This document shows, piece by piece, positions 48,254 through 59,021 of a DNA stretch of 64,000 nucleotides (position 1 is the stretch's first letter; every line of letters starts with the position of its first letter). The notes under the pieces were generated by a model. It did no database searches and had not been told where the DNA came from. It saw only the letters and a list, made by a program, of their open reading frames with translations. The stretch comes from an uncultured Gammaproteobacteria bacterium. Lineage in GTDB: Bacteria; Pseudomonadota; Gammaproteobacteria; JACCXJ01. The stretch spans positions 1 to 64,000 of the forward strand of contig CAVXTM010000015.1 in NCBI GenBank assembly GCA_963764725.1, written 5' to 3'. Position numbers and translations under genes: made by a program.

Positions 48254-51200
48254 CACCTTTGCGACCCACCGCCGCGCATTCTCGAACAATCGGAACCAAG
48301 GCCCGGCCTCGTGCCGCCACGTCTTGGGCAACCATGAATATTGCCAGCGCAAGAAAGCCCGCTCGGGGTGCGGCATGAGGATCGTGCAGCGTCCGTCGGT
48401 GGTGGTGAAGCCGGTCAATCCCCCGGGCGATCCGTTGGGATTGTTAGGGTAGACTTCGGTGGGCTTGCCATGATGATCGACAAAGCGCAGCGCCGCGGTT
48501 TGATTGTCCAAGGCTTGTCGCGCGCCGCCACCGGCCGAAAAATGCGCGCGGCCTTCGCCGTGGGCTACGGCGATCGGAATCAGGGACCCAGCCATGCCGT
48601 CGAACAGGATCGAGGGCGAGGGCAGCACCTCGACCATCACCAGGCGCGCCTCGAACTGCTCGGAAACATTGCGCGCAAACCGTGGCCAATCGGCCGCGCC
48701 GGGGATCAGATCGCGCAGGTGCGCCATCATCTGACAGCCGTTACAGACACCGAGCGCAAACGTATCGGGGCGTTCAAAAAAGGCCGCGAATTCCGCCCGC
48801 GCCCGCTCGTTGTACACGATGGCGCTGGCCCAGCCGCGCCCCGCGCCCAGGACATCGCCGTAGGAGAAGCCGCCGCAGGCGGCGAGACCGCGGAAGGGAG
48901 CGAGGCTTCGGCGGCCGGAAATAATATCGCTCATGTGGACGTCGACGACATGAAAGCCGGCGCGCTCAAACGCCGCGGCCATCTCGATGTGTCCATTTAC
49001 GCCTTGCTCTCTTAGAATAGCCACCGCCGGGAGGCCCCCGGTCGCGATCGCCGGCGAATGCTCGCGTGGATCGAAGCCGACTCGAACACTCAGGCCCGGG
49101 TCCGCGAGATCCGTGAGGCCATCGAATTCCTGACGGGCACAGATCGGGTTGTCGCGTAGGGCCTGCATGCGGTAGCTGGTCTCGGACCATAGACGCTGCA
49201 ATCGGGCGAGATCGGATCGGTAAATGTCGTGACTTTCATGCCGGATAATAAACGCCGGTGCATCGATGGGAGTGCCGATCACGTGCACATGCGCGGCCAG
49301 CGTCCCGTTTGTGTGAAAGGCATCCGACACACGTTCGAGGTCCTCGCGGCGCACCTGTAATACCGCCCCTAACTCTTCGTTGAAGAGGATCGGCGTCGGA
49401 TCTCCTCCGAGCGCATCGATCTCGATGCGCACGCCGCGACGGCCCGCGAGCGCCATCTCCATGAGAGTCACGAACAAACCGCCATCGGAGCGGTCGTGGT
49501 AGGCGAGGATGATCCCCATCTCATTGAGCACTTGGACCACTTGAAACAATGCCTTGAGATCCTCGGGGTCGTCGAGGTCGGGAGGCGTATCGCCCAGGGC
49601 GCTATAGACTTGCGCCAGGCACGAGCCTCCGAGCCGGTTGCGGCCGCGGCCGAGATCCACCAAGAGCAATACCGTCGGCTCTTCACAACGCTGAATTTGC
49701 GGCGTGAGCGATAGTCTTACATCGGCGACCGGTGCGAAGGCCGAGACGATGAGTGACTGCGGCGCCGTCACCGACCGCTCTCCGCCGGCGTCCTGCCAGA
49801 CTGTTTTCATGAACAGTGAATCCTTGCCGACCGGGATGGCGACGCCGAGGGCCGGACAAAGCTCCATCGCGACGGCGCGCACGGCATCGTAGAGGCGCGC
49901 ATCTTCACCCGGATGCCCTGAAGCCGCCATCCAGTTGGCGGAAAGCGCAACGTCCGATAGCCGCGGAATACGTGCCGCGATGATGTTGGTAACAGCCTCG
50001 GCGACGGCCATGCGCGCCGCGGCCGGCGCATCGATCAAGGCGATCGGCGCGCGTTCGCCGATGGCCATTGCCTCGCCGGTATAACTTCGGAACGAGCCGG
50101 CGGTAACCGCGCAGTCAGCCACCGGAACCTGCCAGGGCCCTACCATTTGATCGCGAACCGCCAACCCCGACACGGTGCGATCGCCGATCGTAATGAGGAA
50201 GCGCTTGTCGGCGACCGCGGGTAAGCGCAGGACGCGTTCGACCGCATCCCTGAGATCGAGATCCCGCGCCGAAAACGGCACGGACGGGGGCTCTAAACGC
50301 TCGGCCCGCTTGGTGATCCGGGGCGGGCTGCCCAGCAACACGCGCAGCGGGAGATCCACGGGTGTCTCTCCGCCATCGCGAACGATCAGATCGCGTGCTT
50401 CGGTGGCCTCGCCGATGACGGCGTAGGGACAGCGCTCGCGCGTGCAGAGCGCGGAGAAGCGATCGAGATCCTCGTCGGGATTGATCGCGAGCACGTAGCG
50501 CTCTTGGGCTTCGTTACACCAAAGCTCCAAGGGCGAGAGGCTGGGATCGGCGCTCGGAATGGCGCGTAGATCGAGACGCCCGCCGCGAGCGCTTTGATCC
50601 AAGAGCTCGGGAACCGCGTTCGAGAGCCCGCCCGCGCCCACATCATGGATGGCAAGGATAGGGTTGTGCGGGCCGAGGGCGCAACAGCTATCCAAGACTT
50701 GCTGGCAGCGGCGCTCCATCTCGGCGTTGTCGCGTTGTACCGAGCCGAAGTCAAGCGCTTCATCCCCCTGGCCCGCGCTCAGAGAGGAGGCGGCGCCGCC
50801 CCCGAGACCGATGAGCATCGCGGGTCCGCCGAGGACGACGATCTTGGCCCCGACCGGGATGGTTTCTTTGTGGATATGTAGCAGGCGGATGGTCCCGAGT
50901 CCCCCGGCCAGCATGATCGGTTTATGATAGCCCCTCACCTCACCGCGCCCGGGCAGGGCTTGCTCGTAGGTGCGGAAATAACCGCACAAGGCCGGTCTTC
51001 CGAACTCGTTGTTGAACGCCGCAGCGCCGATGGGCCCTTGCAACATGATGTCCAGAGCAGAGGCGAAGCGGCCTGGATGTCCGTAGTCGCGTTCCCAGGG
51101 CTGTATAAATCCTGGGATCTTGAGGTTCGACACCGAGAAACCCGTCAATCCGGCCTTGGGTTTGGCGCCGCGCCCGGTGGCGCCTTCATCGCGGATCTCG

Positions 51201-52174
51201 CCGCCCGCGCCCGTGGCGGCCCCGGGAAAGGGTGAGATCGCGGTCGGGTGGTTATGGGTTTCGACCTTGATCGTGATTCCGGCGGGTGCTTGTGTATAAG
51301 CATAAGACTGCGATGCAGGGTCCGCGAGAAACCAAAGGGCGTCGTAAGCGCGCACCACCGCCGCGTTGTCCCGATAGGCCACCAACACTCGCGCTGGATT
51401 CCGCTCATGGGTCGTGCGGATCATACCGAATAAGGAATGCTGTTGGGGGGTATCATTCAGGACCCAGCGCGCGTTGAAGATCTTGTGCCGGCAATGCTCA
51501 GAATTGGCTTGCGCAAACATCATAAGCTCGACGTCGGTCGGATTGCGGCCGAGATCCAGAAACGCCCCTACGAGATAGTCCATCTCATCGGCTGACAGCG
51601 CCAGGCCGAGGCGCCGGTTAGCGCGTTCCAGGGCAGGGCGTCCGTCACGGATAAGATCCACGGTTTCCAGCGCTTTCGGTGCCGTGTGTCCGAATAGACT
51701 GGATGCCTGATCAAGACCGAAAACGGCCTGTTCAGTCATGCGATCATAGAGCAGTGGCGCGATCCGAAGGAGCGTTTCTCGTTCGAGCGGCGCGGGATCT
51801 TGAACAGCAAAATACCAGCCGATTCCGCGTTCGAGACGCACGATGTTGTCCAGGCCGCAAACCTGGGCAATTTCCGTGGCTTTGCTCGACCACGGTGAGA
51901 CTGTGCCAGGGCGCGGCGTTACTATCAGCATCGAAGCTTCGGAGCGCGAGGCCGCGCCGCGCACCGCCCCGGCGCCTAAAATGCTCATCAAGCGCTCGTG
52001 CTCGGCACTGGATAGAGGTTCAGAGAGGAGCGCAAAGTAGACCGTCTCGGCGGTCAAGGATTCGACGGCGGGCGCGAGGGCACGCACCGAGGCAAGAAGT
52101 CTATCCAAGCGAAACGCAGGGTAGGACGCGGGAGCGACGAAACTTTGGAGTCTCGCCGGCCCAACGAGCGTCAC
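48242..52174 (-). CDS. purL: Phosphoribosylformylglycinamidine synthase (large form)
   Basis: [32 protein letters not shown] and MPHPER motifs. Confidence 0.98.
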   Translation of the reverse strand: MTLVGPARLQSFVAPASYPAFRLDRLLASVRALAPAVESLTAETVYFALLSEPLSSAEHERLMSILGAGAVRGAASRSEASMLIVTPRPGTVSPWSSKATEIAQVCGLDNIVRLERGIGWYFAVQDPAPLERETLLRIAPLLYDRMTEQAVFGLDQASSLFGHTAPKALETVDLIRDGRPALERANRRLGLALSADEMDYLVGAFLDLGRNPTDVELMMFAQANSEHCRHKIFNARWVLNDTPQQHSLFGMIRTTHERNPARVLVAYRDNAAVVRAYDALWFLADPASQSYAYTQAPAGITIKVETHNHPTAISPFPGAATGAGGEIRDEGATGRGAKPKAGLTGFSVSNLKIPGFIQPWERDYGHPGRFASALDIMLQGPIGAAAFNNEFGRPALCGYFRTYEQALPGRGEVRGYHKPIMLAGGLGTIRLLHIHKETIPVGAKIVVLGGPAMLIGLGGGAASSLSAGQGDEALDFGSVQRDNAEMERRCQQVLDSCCALGPHNPILAIHDVGAGGLSNAVPELLDQSARGGRLDLRAIPSADPSLSPLELWCNEAQERYVLAINPDEDLDRFSALCTRERCPYAVIGEATEARDLIVRDGGETPVDLPLRVLLGSPPRITKRAERLEPPSVPFSARDLDLRDAVERVLRLPAVADKRFLITIGDRTVSGLAVRDQMVGPWQVPVADCAVTAGSFRSYTGEAMAIGERAPIALIDAPAAARMAVAEAVTNIIAARIPRLSDVALSANWMAASGHPGEDARLYDAVRAVAMELCPALGVAIPVGKDSLFMKTVWQDAGGERSVTAPQSLIVSAFAPVADVRLSLTPQIQRCEEPTVLLLVDLGRGRNRLGGSCLAQVYSALGDTPPDLDDPEDLKALFQVVQVLNEMGIILAYHDRSDGGLFVTLMEMALAGRRGVRIEIDALGGDPTPILFNEELGAVLQVRREDLERVSDAFHTNGTLAAHVHVIGTPIDAPAFIIRHESHDIYRSDLARLQRLWSETSYRMQALRDNPICARQEFDGLTDLADPGLSVRVGFDPREHSPAIATGGLPAVAILREQGVNGHIEMAAAFERAGFHVVDVHMSDIISGRRSLAPFRGLAACGGFSYGDVLGAGRGWASAIVYNERARAEFAAFFERPDTFALGVCNGCQMMAHLRDLIPGAADWPRFARNVSEQFEARLVMVEVLPSPSILFDGMAGSLIPIAVAHGEGRAHFSAGGGARQALDNQTAALRFVDHHGKPTEVYPNNPNGSPGGLTGFTTTDGRCTILMPHPERAFLRWQYSWLPKTWRHEAGPWFRLFENARRWVAKVKSI

Positions 52175-52716
52175 AGGGACAAGCGGCGCAAGTTAGGATC
52201 GGGTAGGGCGGTTTGCCACAGGTCGTCGAATCGGCGCAGCAATTCCTTTGCGACATCGGGGGCGTGAAAATTAGCCACGCCTTCGTAACGGTCCGATAGC
52301 CTGCTATGCACGTATCCCTTCCGGTCCGCGATGAGCATGCTTTCGTTGCAGTGTTCGGGCGGGGGGCTGCGAAGCTCGAAGAAACTCGTCAGGCGCAGCG
52401 CAAGCTCGATCAGCCTGTGAACGCGGTGGAGGAGGGGTGAGGGATCAAGGATAAGGATCCTGATTTTCACGTTGCGGTTTCTTAGAGCGAGACGCTTGAA
52501 AGCGTCCACCATTTCCCGCTCATCAAAAATCAGCGGGTCCAAATGGCGGCTTACAATGTCGATCGTCCGCCGGCTTTGCGTTACCATGCACAGCATAGTC
52601 TCGCGATGGTCTCCGCGAGTGACAAGCTTGATCGGCACGCGGGACCGTCCCAGCGTATATTCCTGGAACGCCGTTCTGGTGTCTCCTGTGGGCATCGACT
52701 CTGGGCTCATCCTCAC
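52171..52716 (-). CDS. Conserved hypothetical protein (stand-alone form of the domain often fused to GNAT acyltransferases)
   Basis: [29 protein letters not shown] and LIADRKG pattern; stop overlaps the purL start. Confidence 0.7.
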   Translation of the reverse strand: MRMSPESMPTGDTRTAFQEYTLGRSRVPIKLVTRGDHRETMLCMVTQSRRTIDIVSRHLDPLIFDEREMVDAFKRLALRNRNVKIRILILDPSPLLHRVHRLIELALRLTSFFELRSPPPEHCNESMLIADRKGYVHSRLSDRYEGVANFHAPDVAKELLRRFDDLWQTALPDPNLRRLSL

Positions 52717-52803
52717 GCTTTAATTGATAACGCCTGCTCGGTTGCGTTGCCGGCATAATTCACGGGTTAGGGGGTTGGCTCACCCTCCATATGCCGCCGC
52801 AAG

Positions 52804-54606
52804 TCATCGAATCGCGCGCCCGGTTGCCCGGTACTGCTGTTCCGCGGGGCCGCGCTGTGGGATCTGTGTGAGGCGGCGTCGCGCCGGCGAGCCAGCTCTC
52901 GCCTTTGAAATTTTGCGCGAAACATAGAGGTCGAGCGCTTGCCTTACATCCGGGTCTTTAGGGGCAATTCCCGCTGCTCGGTAGAGATACAGCGCGGCCT
53001 CGTCATAGCGATTTCGGCTGATTTCCCGCTGCGCCATGTCCACATACTTGGCCACGATCGCCCGAAGGCCGCGAACCGCCTCCTGATTTTGAGGCTCCAG
53101 TTGCAATACCTGCCGGTACCTTGCAAGGGCGTTGTTGCCTTGTGGTGTCGTCAAGCGATAAGCCGCGACATCATCCCCCGCCCGCGCCAGCAGCGTAGCC
53201 ACGGATGGTGCGGCTGCGGTGGCGTTTTTTGGCTGCGCCGGCCGCGGTTTGGCCGGTCCAGGTTGCGCAAGCACCTGCAATGATTCCGCGTTGATCTCAT
53301 CGGGAAGAGGTTGTTCAACCACGGTGGGATCGACATCTAGCGCGGCGAGCGAACTTGGCCTGACGGTGGGAGGGGGTATAGAGGAGGGTGAGGTTTGGCT
53401 TGTTAAAGAGGCAAGGGCCGGCGCGTGATCGCTTGGTGTTGGCGCAAGCAACCATATCGATCCGATACCGGCAAGAATTACCGCCGCGGACTGCAGGAAC
53501 TCGATTGCCGCGCGCCGCTGCCGCCATTGATACAGCGCGCCGGTGGCGCCGGGAGGGTGCGTTTTCTGTTGCCTCTCCGGTAGCCAGGCCACGGCATCGG
53601 TCATTAACCGAAGTTCCGACGGTAGGGTGTCGGGTTCAGCAGGGACGGTCGGCGATTCATCTTCCGCCCTCGCTCGCGCAAGGACTGGTAATACCTCGGC
53701 GGGACCGTAAGCCTCGAAGGCGCAACGCCACGCATCGATATCCTGGGGGCGATCGCCGGCTTTGAACTCCAATGCCTGATCGATGGCCCGCAAAAATGTG
53801 GTCGAATATTTGCCGTTGGCATGCCCGACCGCCCGCAAAAAAGGATCCGGCGCACCATGCACAATGGCTTCGGCGCGTGCGATTGCCGATTGGGGTATGA
53901 CCCCTGTCGCAGCCCGATATAAGGTCGCCCCAAGACCGTAGATGTCGGTCCACGGCCCCTGGTTGTCGCCGGAACTGCTGTACTGTTCGATCGGCGCGTA
54001 CCCTGGCGAGACTAGGTTCGTCACGGTTTGAGGATCGCTGACGATTAATTGCCGGGCCGATCCGAAATCGAGGATAACCGCCGTACCGTTTGCCCGGATG
54101 AAGAGGTTGCTCGGTTTAATGTCCCGATGCACGAAACCTTTCTGGTGCATGGTTTCCAAACCTTCAAGCAAGGGAAAAAGCAGCTTCCGCAACTCGCCCT
54201 CGCTTAAGGTGCCCCGGTGGGCCAATGCCGATTGCAGGCTTTCCCCGAGCTCATAGTGCATGATGAGGTAGGCGGTATTGTTCGCCTCGAAGATATCTAC
54301 GACTCGAACGATATTCGGGTGCCGGAACCGATCTAGGTTTTCCGCTTCGGCTATAAATCGCGCCAAGCCCCGTGCAAAGTCGTCAGCGAGCGCATCGGAG
54401 AGCGGCTGCAGGCACTGGTCGGCTTCACGCCGCGCGACCTGAGGCGGAAGATATTCTTTAACGGCGACGAGGCTATCAGTGTTGAGATCTTCGCAGAGAT
54501 AGGTAATGCCGAAGGTGCCTTGGCCGAGCACGCCTTGCACCCGGTACCAGAGCAATTCGTAACCGGCGTGCAAGGCCTCGCGATACCCCTTTGCTTTTAC
54601 AGGCAT
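52804..54606 (-). CDS. Membrane-anchored Hanks-type Ser/Thr protein kinase
   Basis: LGQGTFGITY, VAVKEY, HRDIKPSN, DFG, GYAPIEQ and DIYGLG motifs; TM helix; C-terminal helical LTTPQGNNAL domain. Confidence 0.93.
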   Translation of the reverse strand: MPVKAKGYREALHAGYELLWYRVQGVLGQGTFGITYLCEDLNTDSLVAVKEYLPPQVARREADQCLQPLSDALADDFARGLARFIAEAENLDRFRHPNIVRVVDIFEANNTAYLIMHYELGESLQSALAHRGTLSEGELRKLLFPLLEGLETMHQKGFVHRDIKPSNLFIRANGTAVILDFGSARQLIVSDPQTVTNLVSPGYAPIEQYSSSGDNQGPWTDIYGLGATLYRAATGVIPQSAIARAEAIVHGAPDPFLRAVGHANGKYSTTFLRAIDQALEFKAGDRPQDIDAWRCAFEAYGPAEVLPVLARARAEDESPTVPAEPDTLPSELRLMTDAVAWLPERQQKTHPPGATGALYQWRQRRAAIEFLQSAAVILAGIGSIWLLAPTPSDHAPALASLTSQTSPSSIPPPTVRPSSLAALDVDPTVVEQPLPDEINAESLQVLAQPGPAKPRPAQPKNATAAAPSVATLLARAGDDVAAYRLTTPQGNNALARYRQVLQLEPQNQEAVRGLRAIVAKYVDMAQREISRNRYDEAALYLYRAAGIAPKDPDVRQALDLYVSRKISKARAGSPARRRLTQIPQRGPAEQQYRATGRAIR

Positions 54607-54900
54607 AGGTTGAAGAACCTATTGTAACTGCGTGACGACGCAAGGATCATAAAACATTATACTACCGCAACCCTGCACGATATCTCAATGTCTTGCGCAG
54701 GTACGAAATGAACCACGACACGGTAGATCGGGTCCTGGCCTATCTACGCACCGCGCGTGAAAGTGCTGGACGTTACCGGCGAATTTCGAGCCGTGGCCTT
54801 AACCGGTCAAGGGTGAGGGCACGCCGTGTCTGGACGTGGTCAAGGCGTGGTCTATTGCGATGCGCCTAGGGGGCTGGGCGCGGTCGCCCTGCCACGACCA

Positions 54901-55998
54901 CTAGCGGCAGTTGCAGGCCTGCACGCGCGGGTAGAAGGCATCGCAGCTCGTGGTGGTCACCGGCTCGTCAGACGCATCGTCCCGGTCGCGGCACCAGGGA
55001 TCGGTCTCGGCCACGGCAACACCGCTGCCGCCCGGCTCGAAGAACACGTGCAGGGTCCACAGGCGCTCGTGCTTGTTGGCCCCGAAGGCAATGCTGGTGC
55101 GGTGGAAGTCCTCCTTCTCGATGACCGCGCATTGGTTGGTGACCCGGATGCCCGCGTTGTTGTCGATCCAGCGTTGCTCGACGCAGTCGAAGCCCCCGTC
55201 GCCAGGGACACGGTGCCAGCCGGCCTCGTGGATCAGGAACTCCGACTTCGAGACGCCGAGCAGGCACGGGAGGCTGCATGGCTGATAGTCATAGTGGTAG
55301 CCGGCGCCGATCACGCGCCACGTGCGCTTGTCGCCCGAGGTCTTCTCGAAGAACAGCAGCGACGGACGGTCGGGATCGTTCCCCGCATGCACGTCTACCC
55401 AGACCGAGTCGGTGCACCCGCCGAGCGGACCGGAGTCTGCGCGGGTCAGAGATACGCCGGAGTTCACGAGGTTCGCCTCGGCGTGGCCCTCCCGCCAGCA
55501 GGTCTCCTTGCCTTCGTTGTTACCGTCGTCATCGTCGTCGTAGTCGAGGTCCTTGGCCGCCCGGAAGTTCGGCCACTTGCGCTCGACGCGGGCACGCGCC
55601 TGCACCAACGGGTCGTCGACCGCGCGGCGCACCGATGCACGCCGTCCGCAGGAGGTCGTGACATCCACATCGACAAACGGTCCTGCGCGGTTGCACACTT
55701 TCGGCACCGGGCAGTCTGGGTCGCTGGTACAGGCCGTGTTGCAGCGCCCGTCCTGGTTGCAGTTCTGCCCGACGCAGTCCGGATCCTTCGAAATTTCGCA
55801 CACCGCGGCGTTGCAGATCCCGTCGTCGGCGCAACTGATGAAGGGGGTGGTCCCGCCCCCCGGGATCTCCTCGGACAGGGCGGCCTGTCGGATCAAGCCA
55901 CCGGCATTTGCCGCCGCATAGGCCGGACAACAGGCCGCGCCGGCGGTCAGGAAACCGAGGAATAAGGCGTGGCGCGAATCGAGATCAGCTCTTCTCAT
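54901..55998 (-). CDS. Secreted cysteine-rich hypothetical protein
   Basis: GGAGGG before MRRAD; signal peptide ending AYA-A; two C..DG.CN..C...DPDC repeats; strong GC3 bias supports this strand and frame. Confidence 0.75.
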   Translation of the reverse strand: MRRADLDSRHALFLGFLTAGAACCPAYAAANAGGLIRQAALSEEIPGGGTTPFISCADDGICNAAVCEISKDPDCVGQNCNQDGRCNTACTSDPDCPVPKVCNRAGPFVDVDVTTSCGRRASVRRAVDDPLVQARARVERKWPNFRAAKDLDYDDDDDGNNEGKETCWREGHAEANLVNSGVSLTRADSGPLGGCTDSVWVDVHAGNDPDRPSLLFFEKTSGDKRTWRVIGAGYHYDYQPCSLPCLLGVSKSEFLIHEAGWHRVPGDGGFDCVEQRWIDNNAGIRVTNQCAVIEKEDFHRTSIAFGANKHERLWTLHVFFEPGGSGVAVAETDPWCRDRDDASDEPVTTTSCDAFYPRVQACNCR

Positions 55999-56440
55999 CG
56001 CCGTGCCCTCCAGGTGATTTCGCAGGTCGTACATGGTCCAGGGGATCGGGCTTACACGTTATCTCGGGGATCGATCTCGCAGCTGCTGAGGCTCATGGCA
56101 CCGCAAAATTATTCAGAGTCTGTTGGGGGATTTAAGCGCGCTTTTTGTCAACGAGAAAGGTACCGCTGGAGTGGTGACTAGTCAAATCACCCGAGATCGC
56201 GGTCGAGAAGCAGGACCTTTCCCGGACCAACGTCCAATATATGAAGATATTACTGAAGCAACGGTGAGGTCACCCTACCTTGTGCGGCAAACTGGCGCGC
56301 AGATTAGCGCATATGCACGCCCAAGGGCTTGCGATAAACTCTACCTATGCGGTTGGATCTCCTAATACTTTGGCCGAGTCCGCACGCGATGATTGGAACA
56401 GAACCTGTCTCCGCTCCCTGGCGTCGATAGAATAAAAACG

Positions 56441-56944
56441 ATGGAGACCTTGCAGCGGGTGAAACCGATCGTGTGTCCGGTGTGCAAGGGGGAAAACCCG
56501 CCGGATGCGGTTTTTTGCGAAGGTCCACGCTGTCGGAAGGCGCTGGGCGAGTTTAAGTACGTCATCGAAGAGGTGGCGGCTGACACGAGCCGGATCGAAC
56601 GGCTGGCGGATAGCGTAACGAGCTTCACGGGCCGGCCGCATTTTGTTACCGCCCACCTCGCGTGGTTCGCCGCCTGGGTGCTATTGAATTCGGGGCTCAT
56701 CGTCGCGGTCGAGGTCTTCGATGCCTATCCATTTAGCCTCTTGGGGATCATCTTGTCGGTTGAGGCGATCCTCATCACGAGCTTTTTGTTGATCAGCCAA
56801 AACAGGCAGAACGTGCACGCCGAGAAGCGCGCCGAGCTCGATTACGAAGTCAACGTCAGATCCTATCGAAAGATCCGCGATCTTCAGGACACCTTGGAAG
56901 CCATCGCAAACCGGGTCGAGCGTCTGGAAAAGCGCGAAAAGTAA
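56441..56944 (+). CDS. DUF1003 membrane protein with N-terminal zinc-ribbon
   Basis: CPVC..N...A.FC...C; FDAYPFSLL, LISQNRQ and ELDYEVN motifs. Confidence 0.88.
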   Translation: METLQRVKPIVCPVCKGENPPDAVFCEGPRCRKALGEFKYVIEEVAADTSRIERLADSVTSFTGRPHFVTAHLAWFAAWVLLNSGLIVAVEVFDAYPFSLLGIILSVEAILITSFLLISQNRQNVHAEKRAELDYEVNVRSYRKIRDLQDTLEAIANRVERLEKREK

Positions 56945-56963
56945 TTGCGTGCGGGAGGCGGCA

Positions 56964-57092
56964 AAATCTATATCCCCGCCGCTTTTCCGCGGGACCTTAG
57001 CGATGGGGTTTCCAAGGGGAGAGGCGCAGCTCTCCCCTTTGGTCGCCCCACGGGGGTTGCATACCCCGTGGCGGTAAAATCTAAATTGACTT
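56964..57092 (+). repeat. Palindromic intergenic element, copy D
   Basis: Full-length match to the reverse complement of 18671-18798. Confidence 0.88.
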
Positions 57093-57136
57093 TCAGGCTG
57101 GCCCAGCCACTGCTTTCCACGTAAGATGTCCGAGCG

Positions 57137-57460
57137 ATGGTCATGACAATCGGCGCGAATCTTAAGCGCCGCTTCCGACGGCGCGTCTTCATCATCACCC
57201 TGGGGCTGCTCATCGCCCAACTCGGGATGCTAGCGCACGCGCTCGAACATGAGCGCGAGCTAGCGCAAGGCAGGGCCCATGCAGCTTGTCTTCTGTGCCA
57301 TGCCGCCGATCATCTCGGGCATGGTCTGCTGGCGTCCCTTGTGCCGGAGACGATCCCACAAGGCCCTATCCGGGCTGCCTTAGAATTTGGTGTCGCGGCC
57401 GACGTTCACACTGTTTTTCCGTTCCTGGCGCGCGCACCACCCGCCGCTCTCCAAGCCTAG
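57137..57460 (+). CDS. DUF2946-like leader protein with CxxC and C-terminal RAPP motif
   Basis: Basic plus hydrophobic N-terminus, HALEH, ACLLCH, FLARAPP. Confidence 0.8.
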   Translation: MVMTIGANLKRRFRRRVFIITLGLLIAQLGMLAHALEHERELAQGRAHAACLLCHAADHLGHGLLASLVPETIPQGPIRAALEFGVAADVHTVFPFLARAPPAALQA

Positions 57461-57549
57461 TTTTCTAAGTCTGTTCTCTATCGACGCGCCCTGGGCCAGG
57501 CCTCGGGCCGTGGCATGCGCGTTCGGCATAAACCTCTTGGAGAGAAATC

Positions 57550-59007
57550 ATGCGACTGAGACTCACACTGATGGGCTTGGCGCTCGTCTCGTGCCTTGCC
57601 TTTGCGGCGGACCCCGAGCTTGCCGAGCTGCGCCAACAAGTACAGCAATTGAAGCGGGACTATGAGCAGAAGATACGTGCGTTGGAGGCGCGCGTATCAC
57701 GCGCCGAAGCAGCGGCCGAACAAGCGCAAACGACTCGCCGTAACGCTGCCGCCGACCAAGCGGCGCCGACCGCGAAGTCACCGCTCGATAAAGCACTGGC
57801 CGAAACAAGCGCTATGGCTTCAGAGCAAGAACCGAGCACTACCACACGGATAACCCCTGCCCCCTTCAGCGGCACAAGCATCGGCCCCTTCAGCTTGATC
57901 GATGTGTCATTCAATATTCTGGGTGTCGGAGGCTGGTCCACCGCGCCCGATAGCATCATCGAAGAATTGGAGGGCGGCGCTCATGATCCCAAGCGCCGCG
58001 GCTTCACGCTGCAGCAGGGTGAGCTAGGGTTGGCGGGGGCCGTGGATCCCTATTTCAACGCACAGGCTTACATCGTTTTCACCGATGAGTCGGTCGAGCT
58101 TGAGGAAGCTTACCTGACGACAACCTCCCTCCCTTGGGATCTACAAGCTAAAGCGGGGTATTTTTTTACGGAGTTTGGCCGCAATAACCCTACGCATCCG
58201 CATTCGTGGGCATGGATCGATCAGCCTTTCATCAACACGCGCTTGCTCGGGGGCGAGGGCAACCGCGCGGCGGGGACGCGTTTGAGTTGGCTGTTGCCGA
58301 CGCGGTGGTACTCCGAAATCTATCTCGGCGCGCAGAACGCAAACAACGAGACGGAGGTGAGCTTCCTCGGCGAGCGCGAGGGTACCGAAGGCGGCATCGG
58401 CGGCTTGACCGCTACCAAAGACGACGTAGACAACCTGACCGATCTGCTTTACCTAGCCCGCTGGGCCAATGGTTGGGATCTCAATCAGGAATGGAGCACC
58501 CAAATCGGGCTGTCGGCTCTTCATGGCCCCAATGTTACGGGCAACCGTGGGACGACCTGGATCTATGGCACTGATTTGGTCGCAAAATGGCGGCCCTCTA
58601 ACAGCTATCGCGGGTGGCCGTTCCTGACCTGGGAAACCGAGATCATGGCGCGCGATTATGACATCGATACCGCCAATCCTGATTTCGATCCGGCGAGCGT
58701 GGATAAGTCACTAAAAGACTGGGGCTTGTATACTCAAACGCTCTACGGCTTCACGCCGCGTTGGGCGGCAGGTTTGCGGTTTGAATACGCGAGCGGCAGC
58801 GGTAACGGCCTGGAAGCGCGCGAGGATGATCCCTTCCGCGCGGATCGCTTCCGTTTCTCTCCCTTGCTGGCCTTCTATCCTAGCGAGTTCTCGCGCATTC
58901 GCTTGCAGTACAACTATGACCATGCGGACAACTTGACGGAGGACGAACACTCCGTATGGGTTGGATTCGAAGTCAGCTATGGCGCACATCCGGCGCATAA
59001 ATATTGA
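57550..59007 (+). CDS. Outer-membrane beta-barrel protein with N-terminal coiled coil (metal-uptake associated)
   Basis: Signal peptide; GAVDPYF, ELEEAY, FGRNNPTHPHSW, PSEFSRIRLQY and GAHPAHKY motifs. Confidence 0.85.
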   Translation: MRLRLTLMGLALVSCLAFAADPELAELRQQVQQLKRDYEQKIRALEARVSRAEAAAEQAQTTRRNAAADQAAPTAKSPLDKALAETSAMASEQEPSTTTRITPAPFSGTSIGPFSLIDVSFNILGVGGWSTAPDSIIEELEGGAHDPKRRGFTLQQGELGLAGAVDPYFNAQAYIVFTDESVELEEAYLTTTSLPWDLQAKAGYFFTEFGRNNPTHPHSWAWIDQPFINTRLLGGEGNRAAGTRLSWLLPTRWYSEIYLGAQNANNETEVSFLGEREGTEGGIGGLTATKDDVDNLTDLLYLARWANGWDLNQEWSTQIGLSALHGPNVTGNRGTTWIYGTDLVAKWRPSNSYRGWPFLTWETEIMARDYDIDTANPDFDPASVDKSLKDWGLYTQTLYGFTPRWAAGLRFEYASGSGNGLEAREDDPFRADRFRFSPLLAFYPSEFSRIRLQYNYDHADNLTEDEHSVWVGFEVSYGAHPAHKY

Positions 59008-59021
59008 GGAAGTCCACGATC

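Noticed and set aside
54826-55965. 379-aa plus-strand ORF
   Set aside because: Antisense shadow of the high-GC Cys-rich gene; no SD or recognisable motifs.
56114-56370. Possible decayed MITE ends (GTCTGTTGGGGGATTT ... GGATCTCCTAATAC)
   Set aside because: Too many mismatches and no clear target duplication.
57093-57140. Zur or Fur box before the metal ABC operon
   Set aside because: No AT-rich TGTTATA/TATAACA-like palindrome is present.
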